Of a stretch of DNA of 64,000 nucleotides, positions 46,691 through 59,053 are shown in pieces. The position numbers were made by a program, and so were the translations under genes. The notes below the pieces were generated by a model. The model ran no database searches, was not told the origin of the DNA, and saw only the letters and a list, made by a program, of their open reading frames with translations. The DNA lies in NCBI GenBank assembly GCA_977862235.1, contig OZ374559.1, positions 1,550,001 to 1,614,000 of the forward strand, written 5' to 3'. Source of the DNA: Dudresnaya verticillata (lineage: Eukaryota). Each line of letters begins with the position of its first letter. The stretch's first letter is position 1.

Positions 46691-48534
46691 CATGACAATA
46701 ATGAAGAATGAGTGCAAGGAATGTTCATCTAATGTCAAGAATCCCTTGTACGGTTCACCTTCAGAATTCAGGAAAATGGTCACCAAGCGCCTTGTGGGTT
46801 CTGCTGAGGCTCCAATTGATGGAAGATACAGGAGTAAGCTTGGTCATACCATCTTCATTGAGAACATCAACATTGTGATTGGATCTGAGCGGCATTAGGT
46901 GAAGGCCGATGATAGTGCCATACATTCTATGTGTGGATATTTCCATATATATATGTATAGCACTCCGTTCTCAATGATCCGATGAATCCAATTCTCTCAC
47001 TCTCAGCCTCATCCGCTCTATTCTCCGCTACAGTCAATCAATGCAAATTGTTCCAGATTAATCGTAGAACTTCATGTACGCCATTTGGAGGAGATTAGTG
47101 TTCTTTAGTCCCGATCTTCTCGACTTTTATCCGGTCTATACTTTACCGACTCTGTCGGGGCTACTGGTACTTCCTTCTTTCTCGCCACTTTATCGCAATC
47201 AAGATAGCCATGACCGTTAGGTCTAACGTGATATTGCGACTTTATTATTCATCTATCAAGAACAAGAAGGAAGCTCTAGAAGCTTTCCCCCGTCAGAGAT
47301 AACTAGTTTACCATGTTTGTCCAGAAAAGGCGTCAGAGGTGCTTAGATGCCAAAGGTCACGACATGTGCTTCATAAAACCTAGAACAACAGTAGATCGGA
47401 ACAGTAGAGCTAGCAGTACGGCGGTACACGCAAGCCTGTCCAGTGCCGCAGTTGATAAGGCGCTCGTAGTAGAAGTCCATTCCAGTGAAGGATCCCTTCC
47501 ACAGAGCAGCGTGGTTAAACTGTCCATCCCCGGCCACAGTCTTGTAGCTGCACGAGCCCCGGTAGCCCGCAAGGAGCTCCATGGAGCGAGTCCTGATAGT
47601 CGTGAGGTAGGAAACTGGAGTTCTACCCTCGCATAGGATGAAGGCACCTCTGTAGGGACTACCTGGAACCTTCTCAGAAGTGTCCATTTTGGCCATCTTG
47701 GAGTCATGGTCCAGAACTGTGTCCGTCGCTTTGCTTGCCTTCACATCTCCCTTGAGCTCGACACCGGCCTTCAGAGCGCCATCTTCCTTGATTTCAACGT
47801 TTTCGCAGTGAGCCACACCGGCAAAGAACAGAACTGCTGCGGAGAGGACGAGAACGGCTTTGTAGGACTTCATAGTTGGAGCAAGTATCGGTGCCTGTTT
47901 GGCTGAGATCAATTTCTTTTACTCTTCGGACGGTTGAGTTTGGGTTTTGAGAAACGTAGTGAAGCGAAGCCAATGGGGCATTTATATATCTCTTGAAGTT
48001 TCTTTTGTCTGCTCGATTGATTGTAAAATAGTGTACGACTGGGAAACTTCCCCATTCGCATTCGAGTAAGCAGTGGACAAACTGGCGTCTTAAGGACTCA
48101 TACATTTCAGGTGCATAAGCATGTGCTCCACTTTGTTTGTTACCAGAACTTACCAACTCTGCAATAGTAATATTGCTATTTCTTGGTTCGTATAGCTGGG
48201 ATTCCATTTCGTATGAGTGGATGGCAGCTGGCCTGTATCGTCATTTAGAAAGCTGATCTATTGTTACTGACAACCGCTACAGAGCGAATATAATCGTATG
48301 CATTCAGCGTTGTTGCTAAACCGTAGATTGGATTTTCGCAACTGATAGGATTCAGTGTTGTTGAACCCTATTCATTGTTAAGGTTATGATGTCTTTCGTA
48401 ACTGAGAGGAATATTATCAATTGGTTTCGCTTGTTCATTTCAGCTCCCCACTAGGTAAAACTGTTTGACAACTTAATGGGAACCTACCTCGAGGATATGC
48501 CCCTACTTACCACGTCACCAGCCTCTATCTGGCA
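46691..48534. repeat. Segmental duplication, copy A (direct repeat of 59939-61759)
   Basis: Colinear from CATGACAATAATGAAGAA to CAGCCTCTATCTGGCA and includes the small secreted-protein gene. Confidence 0.93.
47343..47873 (-). CDS. Small secreted Cys-rich pre-pro-protein, copy A (176 aa)
   Basis: Signal peptide MKSYKAVLVLSAAVLFFAGVAHC, charged pro-region, 6-Cys C-terminal domain. TATA-like ATATATAAA upstream at ~47982-47990. Confidence 0.88.
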   Translation of the reverse strand: MKSYKAVLVLSAAVLFFAGVAHCENVEIKEDGALKAGVELKGDVKASKATDTVLDHDSKMAKMDTSEKVPGSPYRGAFILCEGRTPVSYLTTIRTRSMELLAGYRGSCSYKTVAGDGQFNHAALWKGSFTGMDFYYERLINCGTGQACVYRRTASSTVPIYCCSRFYEAHVVTFGI

Positions 48535-51451
48535 CACACACTATTTCCAACACGTTCACCAGAGTACAATATTGTTTCATCCATTAACTGCCTGCACACG
48601 ACCGCGTGGAAAGCTGCAATTGTTTATCGAAACCTGACCTCTGACGAGATAGGAAGCTGTTAACATGAAATACGGAGGAGCGTAAGGGTTGTGCTTTCGA
48701 ACAATGAATAAACTCGAAGCCATTTTGAACCCAAAGCCATTTTGAGAGATCGCTTGACCCCTTCAGGTTGTAGAGGGTAGAAAATAGATGATTTTTTGAT
48801 AGCTTTGGGCATCTCTCTGTTACCAGCTTCAAACTTCCGTGCATGCCATAAAGAAGCCTTGCAGGGATAGGATGGTTACTCTGTAGGTAAAGATTGTTGT
48901 AGTAATAGAAATCTCACGAGGTCTTGCCTACGTAAGTATTCTTCCTTGCTATCCAAGCACCGATTTTTGAAACCTCCTTCAGCATATAGATTATAGCTCC
49001 ATCTAGGTGCCGCTAAACAAGTTGACCTAGTTAAAGGAACAACGTCTGACAACCTACTCTTAGTATGTGTTTTGGGGTTATCGGGTGCTGTGTCTGTGCG
49101 CTACAACAAGTGTTGAGATAATTGGAACAAGAATTCGAATATCTCTTTATTCATAATTGGGAAGACGAGCGGCACGACCTTTCTTTTCAAAGAGATGCTT
49201 GCTTGCTTGGTTTTAGGAATATCTATTCCAACACTTGCGAAACAGAATATTCATTGGATGAGCAATAACGTTGCACATGGAGTGGGATCTACCATATTCC
49301 AAATCCTTGACATGTGCTCGTGAGTGCAGGATTTTGTTACGCTTGTTTTCGCGTTTAGGAATCATTGACCTCAATGATCTTTGCAAATGGGACGCACAGG
49401 GCGCGACGCAGTGAAGTTGTACCGATCCACGAATAATGAGGTGGTATTTAGGGCAGCAATGTCGGCCTGATTACATAATTAACCTTCATACGAGATTCCG
49501 AAAAGGGTCCCTACGTAGACATCTCAGGCCTGTGAGAAGCAAAGGCTCGTTAGAGCTGATATTAAATAACGCAGGGGCACTGTGCTGATTTCAAAATAGA
49601 AGCCGATAAACGTTTTCATTATGTTCATAACATAGTACAATTGTTCTGTCATCTATCATAAGATGTAGCTATTGAAGTTTAGTGCAGGGAGGTGCCCTTC
49701 TACGACGTTCATCCCACGTATTCCGCGCATGCGGTTTTGGCTTTATTTCTTGTTCCGTAAAGCGCTCAGCAATGTATTGTTGTAATACAACAATGCTCAA
49801 TCTATCTCGATCCATTGTACATAGAAGAGGCAGTAGGACATTTACTGCTTTAGAAGTTGCTCGAGGAAGGGGAGCGCATGACAATGCTTCTGCTCTATTA
49901 AAGAGAGAGGGACCTTTATTGAAGGGCAAGAGAGAAGCCCCTTGACGCGGCTTAGGAACCAGAGCTAGCATACAGAGACGGAGCAGCTACACTAGCTTGC
50001 GACGATTGGTTATTAAACAAAACGAGTAACAAAGAGGACTGCACTTTACGCATGGAATGGATAATTTTGCGAGTAACAAATCATTTTCGTCTATTGCTTT
50101 GCCAACTCTTTGCGATTACTGTGGGCATTAATGTCGAACCTACGGACTTCCCGTGAGGTTTAGACAAGGCAAGTGAAAATACATCCGAATGGAACTCACC
50201 ATAGACGTTCTCCGTACTGGCAGATGAAGCCGGCGCTTCAGACGAGAATGCTTCAATTTTCTGCATACAAGGCCGCACCACAGGCTGCGCCTCGCCTCGG
50301 CGCAGAGCTGCACATGGTAAATGTGAAGCACTCACTCTTCTCAACGGATTATAACACAATTCCAGCTGCGCATGAAAACCCTACAAGGCCTCTCCTGTTT
50401 TTATTTCCGCGCTCCCTGTGCTAAGAAGACAACTTGCTGGTTCATGCCGCGTTGTGCGTAAGGCTGTACACTTTTGTAGCTGGCGATTATCTCTCATCTC
50501 CCTGTTGTACACCAATATAGATCATATGCAGCAGTGCGGCTTGAAATGGCAGTACTCGAGATATTTGCTGCAGATGCTTGGTGCAGTTGTTCCAACGCTT
50601 CAGGACTTTTCCTCTTTACCATTTTGTCATAAGCCTAACAATCTAACCGCAGAGCTCTAGTGTATAGGGTGATACGTAAAGCGCCCTCCAGCTGATATAA
50701 CCAAATCCAGCTCGTGTCTCATCTGGTAAAGACAGAATGCATACTTACTACAAATGGAGATCGACAACACATATTGTAAAGAAAAAACATTGATTGCTGG
50801 ATAAAAACACCTAAAGTGCAAGCAAGGAACGCAATCACAGAAGAGAGCGCACCAAGTTTCAAGAAGCTCGCGTTTTGAACATTTACGGGGAAAAGACCAT
50901 AATTAGCAATACATTATGGGGCAAGATATTTACGAACATTCTAAATGAGTAAACGCCACAGGGGGAGTTGGAAAAGCACTTTGCACTGCAGAAAGTTTGC
51001 CGTGGATAACACTCACTGCAACATATTGCAGAAACATACTATTTCATGGATAGTTTGAGTTTTCAATGCAGCACCATGAATTTGTTTCATGTATTGGTAC
51101 TAGACCTTTAATAACATTGGATAGATGTATGGTAAAGAAGCTAAGTCACGCATTGTGGAATGATACTGTACAACAATGCGGCAAGCAGTGTCTTTGTTTC
51201 TGGTAGAGCAAAAAGTACCCATTACACCATTTGCGGATTCTATTTTCTCCTCTGATCCAGAAAGCCGCTCTGCAGCTTTCGGCACAGCACCATAGCTATC
51301 CGCAACAACATACTTTGCAGATCAGCGCAGCCCAACTAAAGGCGCTATATAAGAATGGTTCATTCAGCCTAACTAGTTTCTTCGATAAACCCCACAGGAA
51401 ACCATACAGTCCAGCTCACTCTCTTCACAAACCCATTCAGCTACATCAAAT

Positions 51452-52051
51452 ATGAAGTCCTTCAAAACCATTCTTATTCTCTCTGCAACTGTTTTGCTGT
51501 TCGCCAGTCTGGCTCATTGTGCAAAGGTTGAGATGAAAGAAGATGTCAAGAACAATGCCGAAGCTGACACAGTCATCGACGAAAGTAAGAGAGACATCGA
51601 ACTAGATACCGGTAATGCTCTGGAGGCCGGTGTAGAGCTCAAGGGAGATGTAAAGGCAAGCAAGGCGACGGACACCGTTCTGGACCATGACTCCAAGATG
51701 GCCAAACTCGACACCTCTGAGAAGGTTCCAGGTAGTCCCTACAGAGGTGCCTTCATCCTATGCGAGGGTAGAACTCCAGTTTCCTACCTCACGACTATCA
51801 GGACTCGCTCCATGGAGCTCCTTGCGGGCTACCGGGGCTCGTGCAGCTACAAGACTGTGGCCGGGGATGGACAGTTTAACCACGCTGCTCTGTGGAAGGG
51901 ATCCTTCACTGGAATGGATTTCTACTACGAGCGCCTTATCAACTGCGGCACTGGACAGGCTTGCGTGTACCGCCGTACTGCTAGCTCTACTGTTCCGATC
52001 TACTGCTGTTCCAGGTTTTATGAGGCGCACGTTGTGACTTTTGGCATCTAA
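51452..52051 (+). CDS. Small secreted Cys-rich pre-pro-protein, copy B (199 aa)
   Basis: Signal peptide MKSFKTILILSATVLLFASLAHC, same C-terminal domain. TATATAA upstream at ~51347. Confidence 0.9.
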   Translation: MKSFKTILILSATVLLFASLAHCAKVEMKEDVKNNAEADTVIDESKRDIELDTGNALEAGVELKGDVKASKATDTVLDHDSKMAKLDTSEKVPGSPYRGAFILCEGRTPVSYLTTIRTRSMELLAGYRGSCSYKTVAGDGQFNHAALWKGSFTGMDFYYERLINCGTGQACVYRRTASSTVPIYCCSRFYEAHVVTFGI

Positions 52052-52766
52052 GCACTTCATTCATCAGAAGCTGCCTGACGTCTCTTTCTGGACGAACAGG
52101 GTAAACTATTTAGCTCTGACTGGGGATTGCTTCTAGAGCTCCTTCTTGTTCTTGATGTGTAAGTCCTGTTAGTAACTATTAGTAAAGTTGGGACATCACG
52201 TTAGCCCTGATTGTCTTGGCGCCCAGATTGCGGCAAATTCATGAGAGATTAGTCAGGCCCAATAGCTCCTGATGTGCAGAAGAAGCGTACCCCGAAGAAA
52301 GCCGAGAAGACTTAACGAAACAATGCAACGCTGGCTTCCTCCAATCGGAGAGAGAAACCGCTATTAGCTACTAAACATGAGCCCCAAGTAAGCAAATAAG
52401 AAGGTGCGAAAAGCTTACATGAAGTTCTACGATTATTCAGCAGCAGTCGGCATAATGCAGTAGCAGTGAGTGACTAGTATCGGAGGACACAGAAGACAAG
52501 ACGGGGATAGAGTGCAGGGAGGATGGATTGTCATGGACGGAAGGTGTATAATTACTGCAGTGAAGTTGAAGATGCGGCCATTAGCCATGATGCAACACCG
52601 GCATGAATGCGGCGGTAAACTATTATAGTTCGTTTAGATCCATAAATAGTAGACTCCGTTACTGCACTCCGCTCTGCTTTACCTGGCTGCCAGACTTGGC
52701 TTTCGGAAAAGGCGTGGTATGGTCAATGGAGAAGAGATGGAGACCTTTATGCACAGGAAAAAATAC

Positions 52767-53774
52767 AGCCCCGTAAGGAGGCTTATCTAAAACTCATCTG
52801 AAAGGCGACGGTCGAAGAGTAAACGAGAGAGGTGAGGTGGGTGAGAAGAGATAGTTTCTCAGATATCGGCGAAGTACCCTTCATAGTAGCTAGGAAATTC
52901 GCCACGCGCTGAGCGCCTCGATCGAACCCAGAACCAATGGCACCATAGATGTCCATCACCATAGGATGGAGATCTATCCGGTTGGTAGAACATAAGCGAC
53001 GATAATGACGGGCTTTCGCTTGCTCGCGGCGGTGAATAGCTTGATGTTGAGAGCGAGGCGTGTTGGGCAGTGTAGTTGGATGGTGTGGGGTCACCACGGA
53101 GACGTCAAACGCTTGCGGGAGGGGGGCAAACGCAGGGTCATCAACATAGAAATCCATACGAAGATGGTCACGTCGGTCTTCTTCGAAATGGTCTTCAGTA
53201 CGTTGTAATTGACGGGCATAGCGACGCCTTTCTGAAGCAGTGCGTGTAGAAGACGCCACAACTCGGGAATCCCCAGTCTCCTCTAGATAAGAAAAGTTAC
53301 GTTCAAGCTGAACAGTAACGCCATGGTTCCGAGCAGTATTACGAAAGAAAGCCCCAATTTGATTTCGGAGGGTAGCATGGCGGCGAATGCTGCCAGTTCC
53401 CGATCGACAGATTGTGGCATGGTGTCCAAAGATATCAAGGAGGGGAACTTCAGCGGATGTGCCATGGAGACAAGCAGGACAAGGGCGATCACCACGGAAG
53501 ATCGCCACACGCAGTCTGAGTTTGAGCATGGTGAGCCATATGTCGGGTTGCACGCGGGTAGAAGAAGATGCATATGGGAGGGCACTGAAAGGGCGGCTAG
53601 AGTTGACAGTAGAGGTAGATTGAATCCGTACTCGGGCACGAGAGCTATGCTGAGCAGTCATCTGGGACATGAGGTCGTGGCGCATTTTCGTTGAACATAG
53701 GGAAGAAGATCTTGGGACAATGTCGGAACGACACCATGGCCTATGGGAGATGCGGCCGATAAGATAGAAGAAAC
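52767..53774 (-). mobile_element. CRE/R2-like non-LTR retrotransposon, 3' part (CCHC finger plus restriction-like endonuclease), left of the copia insertion
   Basis: LRLR..CPAC..D.FGHHATIC, RRHATLRN, RMD, AFDVSVVTP and REQAKARHY match the RLE-clade endonuclease layout. Confidence 0.88.
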
Positions 53775-54179
53775 AATAAAGGAATGGTGTTTGGATCAAT
53801 AGCAAGTTGGCAGTAGCAGCGGTATCAGAGGAACAGTGGATTTACAGAACAGAGTAGAACAGATTGTGTTGAGTAGATGAAATGTTGTCCTTGTATCGAG
53901 AGGGTAGAAAAAGAGAGAACGAGGCGGTACTTATAGGCAGGCGAAGACTGCCTCTAAAACTTAAAACGACCGTTGACTAAAGTTAGAAGAAAGTGCTCAC
54001 TGAGAACCATTGTGAATACAACTACATAAAACATAAACATGGTTCATCAGCATGAATACAACCGTAGAATAGTATCTGCAGTATTAATACGACTGTAGAA
54101 TCATTTCATCAGTATGCATACGACTGTAGAATGATTGCATCAGTATGCATACGACCGTAGGACAATTAATGTTTTCATT
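53775..54179 (-). repeat. 3' LTR of the copia element
   Basis: AATAAAGG...GTTTTCATT. Adjoins the minus-strand PPT AAGAAAGCGGGAGGAG (54180-54195). U3 holds ~30-bp tandem repeats. Confidence 0.95.
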
Positions 54180-54203
54180 CTCCTCCCGCTTTCTTAGCTG
54201 AGT

Positions 54204-57200
54204 CTAACCAGTGAACTGGGTTGAGTTGCGAAAGAGATTCTCTGTGAAATTCATGCTGAGCTCTCCAGAAAACATTGTCAGCTGTAATGGTTGAACAAGC
54301 GGGCTGTTAGCCTTAGTGAGTGGATCTGCAAGGTTGGTCTTGTCAGGAATCGAGATGATGCGATTCACTTTGTGCGTCTCAAACTCATATCGAATGACGC
54401 TGACATCTGCCCGAATGGAGCGATCAATGGAGTTGCGGCAGGTTGATAAAGTCTCATATAAATCCTTGGAGTCAAGAGCGACCATCAGGTCAACTTCAAC
54501 GTCGAGAAGCGTCTTGTAGGCACTAACCAGAACTTTGCCTTCATCGATTGCTTCACCAGACGCTAGTATTTCTGCAGCTCCAATAGATTTGACTGGTCTC
54601 TTTGACTTGTGTGAACACCATGAAAGTGTATGGAATATAGAACCCATTTCGAAGTCACCGATAAGTAGACCTGATATAAAACCAAGCTGGCCATAGTCAG
54701 AACTGCGACTAGCGTCTGCAAACATCAGAACGGATAGAGGGTACTCTTTCTTATCTGCTGGTCGCTTGTAAATGATGGTACTTCCAAGTTTTTGCAGCAG
54801 TCTCAAAGAGTTGATTTGAGAGATCATATCGTGTACAGTGGTTTGAGGTACCTTCTGCTGTAAATGACTGGCATAGAAGGCACAGAATGGCGACGCGGCA
54901 ATTTCAAGCCATCCAATCGAGCTGTTGACTGATCGGAAGGAACTAGTTTCAACAGCATTTAGAACTTCATCTCCTTGCTTTCTTCTTTGTCGATCAATGG
55001 GGTAGCAGTTTAAGTTGTCCAACTTGTCATCAGCTTGTATCCTTATAGAGCATTCATCATCTTGAGCAATGTGGAGGCCAAAGAAAAGGAACGATCCCGG
55101 ACCGTAAACAATTGTCCCGAGCTCATAGCGCTCCTGTATCTTTCCAATAGTTGACCGAACAGTTGACTGGTCACCAGCAAAGAGTACATCGTCCACAATT
55201 TTGACAGCAACGAGTTGCAATGAACCAATTGCGTCCTTCTTGTAAAACAACTGTGGAACATAAACGAGTTAGCGGAGACCGATCGATGTTAAGAAATTGT
55301 CACTTTGCTCCTGCCACTTAGCATTGGCGTTCACAAGACCATATGCTGCAGTCAACAACAACCAATAGTGCTTCTTGTCGTCGCTTTCTCGTGGCGGAAC
55401 GACATAGACGTCTCGCTTTGCTTCTCCTGTTTGCAGAAACGCGCTCTTAAAATCGATCTTGGCCAAGAACCACTTGAACTGAGCAGCGAGGGACAGCAAA
55501 ATGCGAATACCAGTTGGCGGACAGGTTGAAGAGTCTGTTTTCAACTGAAAGCGTTCTTTGTCCTTGTTACCATGTGGCGCTATGCGTGCTTTCATTTTCA
55601 TCGAGCCATCATCATTATTCTTAACTTTGTATATCACATGGCTTGTGATGACATTTGCATGCTTTGGGATATCAGAAGCATGGACCATCTTGACTGTTTT
55701 CTTAAAGGCCTCTTCTTCTTTTTTGTAAGCATTTAACAATGGAAACGTTGGTAGCCCTTGAGCCTGGTAGCGCATAAAATCTTTGTGACCGAAGGCAAGA
55801 GTATACGACCCAAGAACCTCTTGCAGAGAACTTGTGAGCGTTTGATCTGATATTTGTACGTTGTTGGTTGCTATTGCTTCATCTGAGCTATAGCGCCAGG
55901 TCTCATCCGATAACTTGAGACATTCTTTGTCACCATCATTGTAATCAATGTTGTACTGGTTGTCATCTTCGTTAATTGATGCCACTTTTCCAGTGTAGAA
56001 CATATCGTCGAGGGGCCAATATACATCAATGACGTCACCAACGTCGGGATGTGAGCTGAGAATATCTCCGTCATCGTTTTCGTATCCCACCTCCTCTATA
56101 GTGGTAGTCTCAAGCTCTTCATTTGATGCCACATCTTCTTTAGAACAGAGCTCATCAATGCTGTCATCCAGACTTTTGGAGAGAGCATCAATTGCTTCTT
56201 GGATGGAACTGCCTAGTGTATCCACAGGTAGGGCAGGACGGACATCTTCAACAGCTGCTTGGACTTGGCGTCCACGTTTTCCAGGAACTGAAATGGTTCC
56301 AGACGTTTTATCGAACGATAAAATCACCTTCGGAGATGACCACTTGCCGCGCTTGGCATTTTGTTCTTTGATATAAACTTGTACGGTATCTCCAACATTG
56401 AATGGTATATCAACAGTTGACTTGGAGTGAAGGATGCGGGTTAATTTTCGCTTAGCCATGAGGTCATCGTGGGCCTTGGAAATTTCTTCAGGAACTTGTG
56501 CAGGAAATTCTCCGGATGTTATAGGTCTCGTATAGCCTTTCGCCAACTCATGAGCAGAACATACGTCATTTCCGTACAGATCATTTGATATTCGTAGTGC
56601 CTGCTGCACTAGGAGTCTTTGGTGCTCAGCAGAGTCATTTGTACATCCTTCTTTCAGGCGTACGTAGACATCTCGAATAACTCTGTGCTTAGATTCAATG
56701 ACATTTTTTTTGTGGCGACGCGGAGGTATAGGGCGAGTTTCAATGTCTTGACTTTTCAGATAATGTATGAACTCGGTGTTGTTGAACGCTTGGTCAAATA
56801 GAACACATTTTGGGGTCCAGAACGGTGTTATCCATAGAGATTCGAAACAATTAATAGCTTCCGTCATAGTCATAGTGCTTACAACATCGCCGGTCGAATA
56901 TCTTGAAGCAGAGTCCATGAGATGAAACACACGGTTCGTATCAAGGTGGAAATGATCAATGCATACAACGTCGTTAAAGTTCCTGCTCATGGAGCTTAGT
57001 GAGACCTTCCGGGTGTCTTTTGGTTTAGAAGTAGTTAAACAACTTGAGCATCTGTCCAGGACACGGGAAAGATATTTCTGTACTTCAGCATTCCAAATGT
57101 TGTTTCGCTGGAGCAATATCTTGATATCAGAATAAGAAGAGTGTCCACAGACGTGTTGATGGACCTTATCAACAATCTTCTTGATGTCTCCAAAGGGACG

Positions 57201-58645
57201 AGTGTCTTGGTTTTGGTTGATCTGAGCAGTGGCACAATAGAACTTGTTCGTGACACGAGATGACAGGTTGGAACTGTTCGGTAGGAATACGTTATAGGGT
57301 ATGTAACTGTGGAATCCATTGTCTTGGAGACCGATTTAATCTTCAGATGTTGGCCTAACGAGCCTGTTATCGCCAACATGAACAATGTCACAATGCTTCG
57401 TGACATTACAGCCGATAATCCATTGCGAGGAGCCTTCAATGATTAGGTGTCGGATAGACACTAGGTTGTTCTTATCAGTGCGAGCCATTAAAGTGACCGA
57501 TTCGAGAATTCTCCTTGCCTCACTGGAGTGTTGCCCTGCACCGTATTGCCAAAAGGCACAAGACTGAAGCTGTTGGGGTATAGGGTCCAGATTGCCTTCC
57601 CAGTCCGGTAGGATAATGGGCTGCAGTATCATAAACTCGGACATGCCTAGACCACTTTACGGACCACAGTCATCAAGTAACGGGCCTGTAAATTCTTCGC
57701 TTATCTCATTGTGGGAATCGAGTAGATGCCCCATGTTGAAGGTCACGGTTTTCTTCGGTGGTTGGGAGTTCGGTTTTGCATCAGAAGGAGAAGGATTATC
57801 AGTAGACTTGACTCCAGGCTTGAGTTTACCGTCATCTGTGTGATCAGAGTGCCAGTGTCCGAATTTGTGACACTTACGACATTTGCTGCGGCTTTTAAGA
57901 TCTGCAAGCTGATCAGGTGTAAGCCTTCTGCGATTCCTTGGGAAGTTCGGTCTTTTGAACTGATTGTTCACAGCATTTGCACACAGGGGACGAATATTCT
58001 CAGTCATGACTTGGTCACACTGCCTCAGAACAGAAGCTACTTTCTCGTATGAAACTGAATCGAGAAAATCATCAGTTGTAGCTGTAGGAGCTATATTTGT
58101 GTTGTTCGAAGCTGCTGCAAGAACAGAAACTCTTTGACCGTTATCCACGGCAGAATTTGCAAGTAGCATAAAAGCAGTAAGGGCTTCTGGGAGCTTTGTT
58201 GTACTGGAGCCAGCATTGAATCTGGAAACTTGAGCGTCGAATCGTGATTCGAAGTTTTTGTATGTCTCCGTGGTTCCGCGCTTGGTACTAAATAGGGCAA
58301 TAAAGTTTTGGTAAACTCACTGACAACCGAGAGTGCATCTCGTTTGTATACAGCATTCACCACAGCTTCTGAGCCAGTACCAGATTGGATCTCAGTATCG
58401 GGAATGGATTTGCATAGATCTTTTGCTCTTCCATAAAGCTGGGACTGAAGCATTATACCACGAAGTTCCGTGGGTATCTTGTTTGAGTTAGAGTCTGGGA
58501 GCCTGTTATGGAAAGCATTCCATAAAGAAACAGAGAGTGAGTACTCTTCTTGGTTGCCTTTGCCATCTGTCCAAGGAACATTTTTGATATCCCAAGAAAA
58601 CCTTGGGCGAGTCGGCAGATACGCCGATGATGAGCCTGGGCCCAT
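54204..58645 (-). pseudogene. Copia gag-pol polyprotein with a Tudor-like domain between IN and RT; several stops and frameshifts
   Basis: Pieces 58091..58645, 57657..58169, 57336..57644, 55269..57116 and 54204..55250. Confidence 0.92.
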
Positions 58646-58648
58646 AAC
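58636..58648 (-). promoter_or_regulatory. Copia PBS of the half-tRNA-iMet type
   Basis: Minus strand GTTATGGGCCCAG abuts the LTR. It is complementary to the anticodon arm of initiator tRNA-Met (CTGGGCCCATAAC), as in Drosophila copia. Confidence 0.85.
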
Positions 58649-59053
58649 AATAAAGGAATGGTGTTTGGATCAATAGCAAGTTGGCAGTAGCAGCGGTATC
58701 AGAGGAACAGTGGATTTACAGAACAGAGTAGAACAGATTGTGTTGAGTAGATGAAATGTTGTCCTTGTATCGAGAGGGTAGAACAAGAGAGAACTAGGCG
58801 GTACTTATAGGCAGGCGAAGACTGCCTCTAAAACTTAAAACGACCGTTGACTAAAGTTAGAAGAAAGTGCTCACTGAGAACCATTGTGAATACAACTACA
58901 TAAAACATAAACATGGTTCATCAGCATGAATACAACCGTAGAATAGTATCTGCAGTATTAATACGACTGTAGAATCATTTCATCAGTATGCATACGACTG
59001 TAGAATGATTGCATCAGTATGCATACGACCGTAGGACAATTAATGTTTTCATT
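58649..59053 (-). repeat. 5' LTR of the copia element
   Basis: 405 bp; two substitutions seen by eye relative to the 3' LTR. Confidence 0.95.

Larger units (their letters stand above)
53775..59053 (-). mobile_element. Ty1/copia LTR retrotransposon (5279 bp; GalEa-like motifs) nested in the non-LTR element
   Basis: Two 405-bp LTRs, 5-bp TSD GAAAC (53770-53774 and 59054-59058), order gag-pro-IN-RT-RH. Motifs KARIAPHG, DFKSAFLQ, AYGLVNA, IVDD, ADAS, DSKDLY and NLADPLTK. Confidence 0.96.

Noticed and set aside
46137..46898. 253-aa plus-strand ORF
   Set aside because: No motifs; it crosses a duplication boundary and its frame is not preserved in the second copy near 60045.
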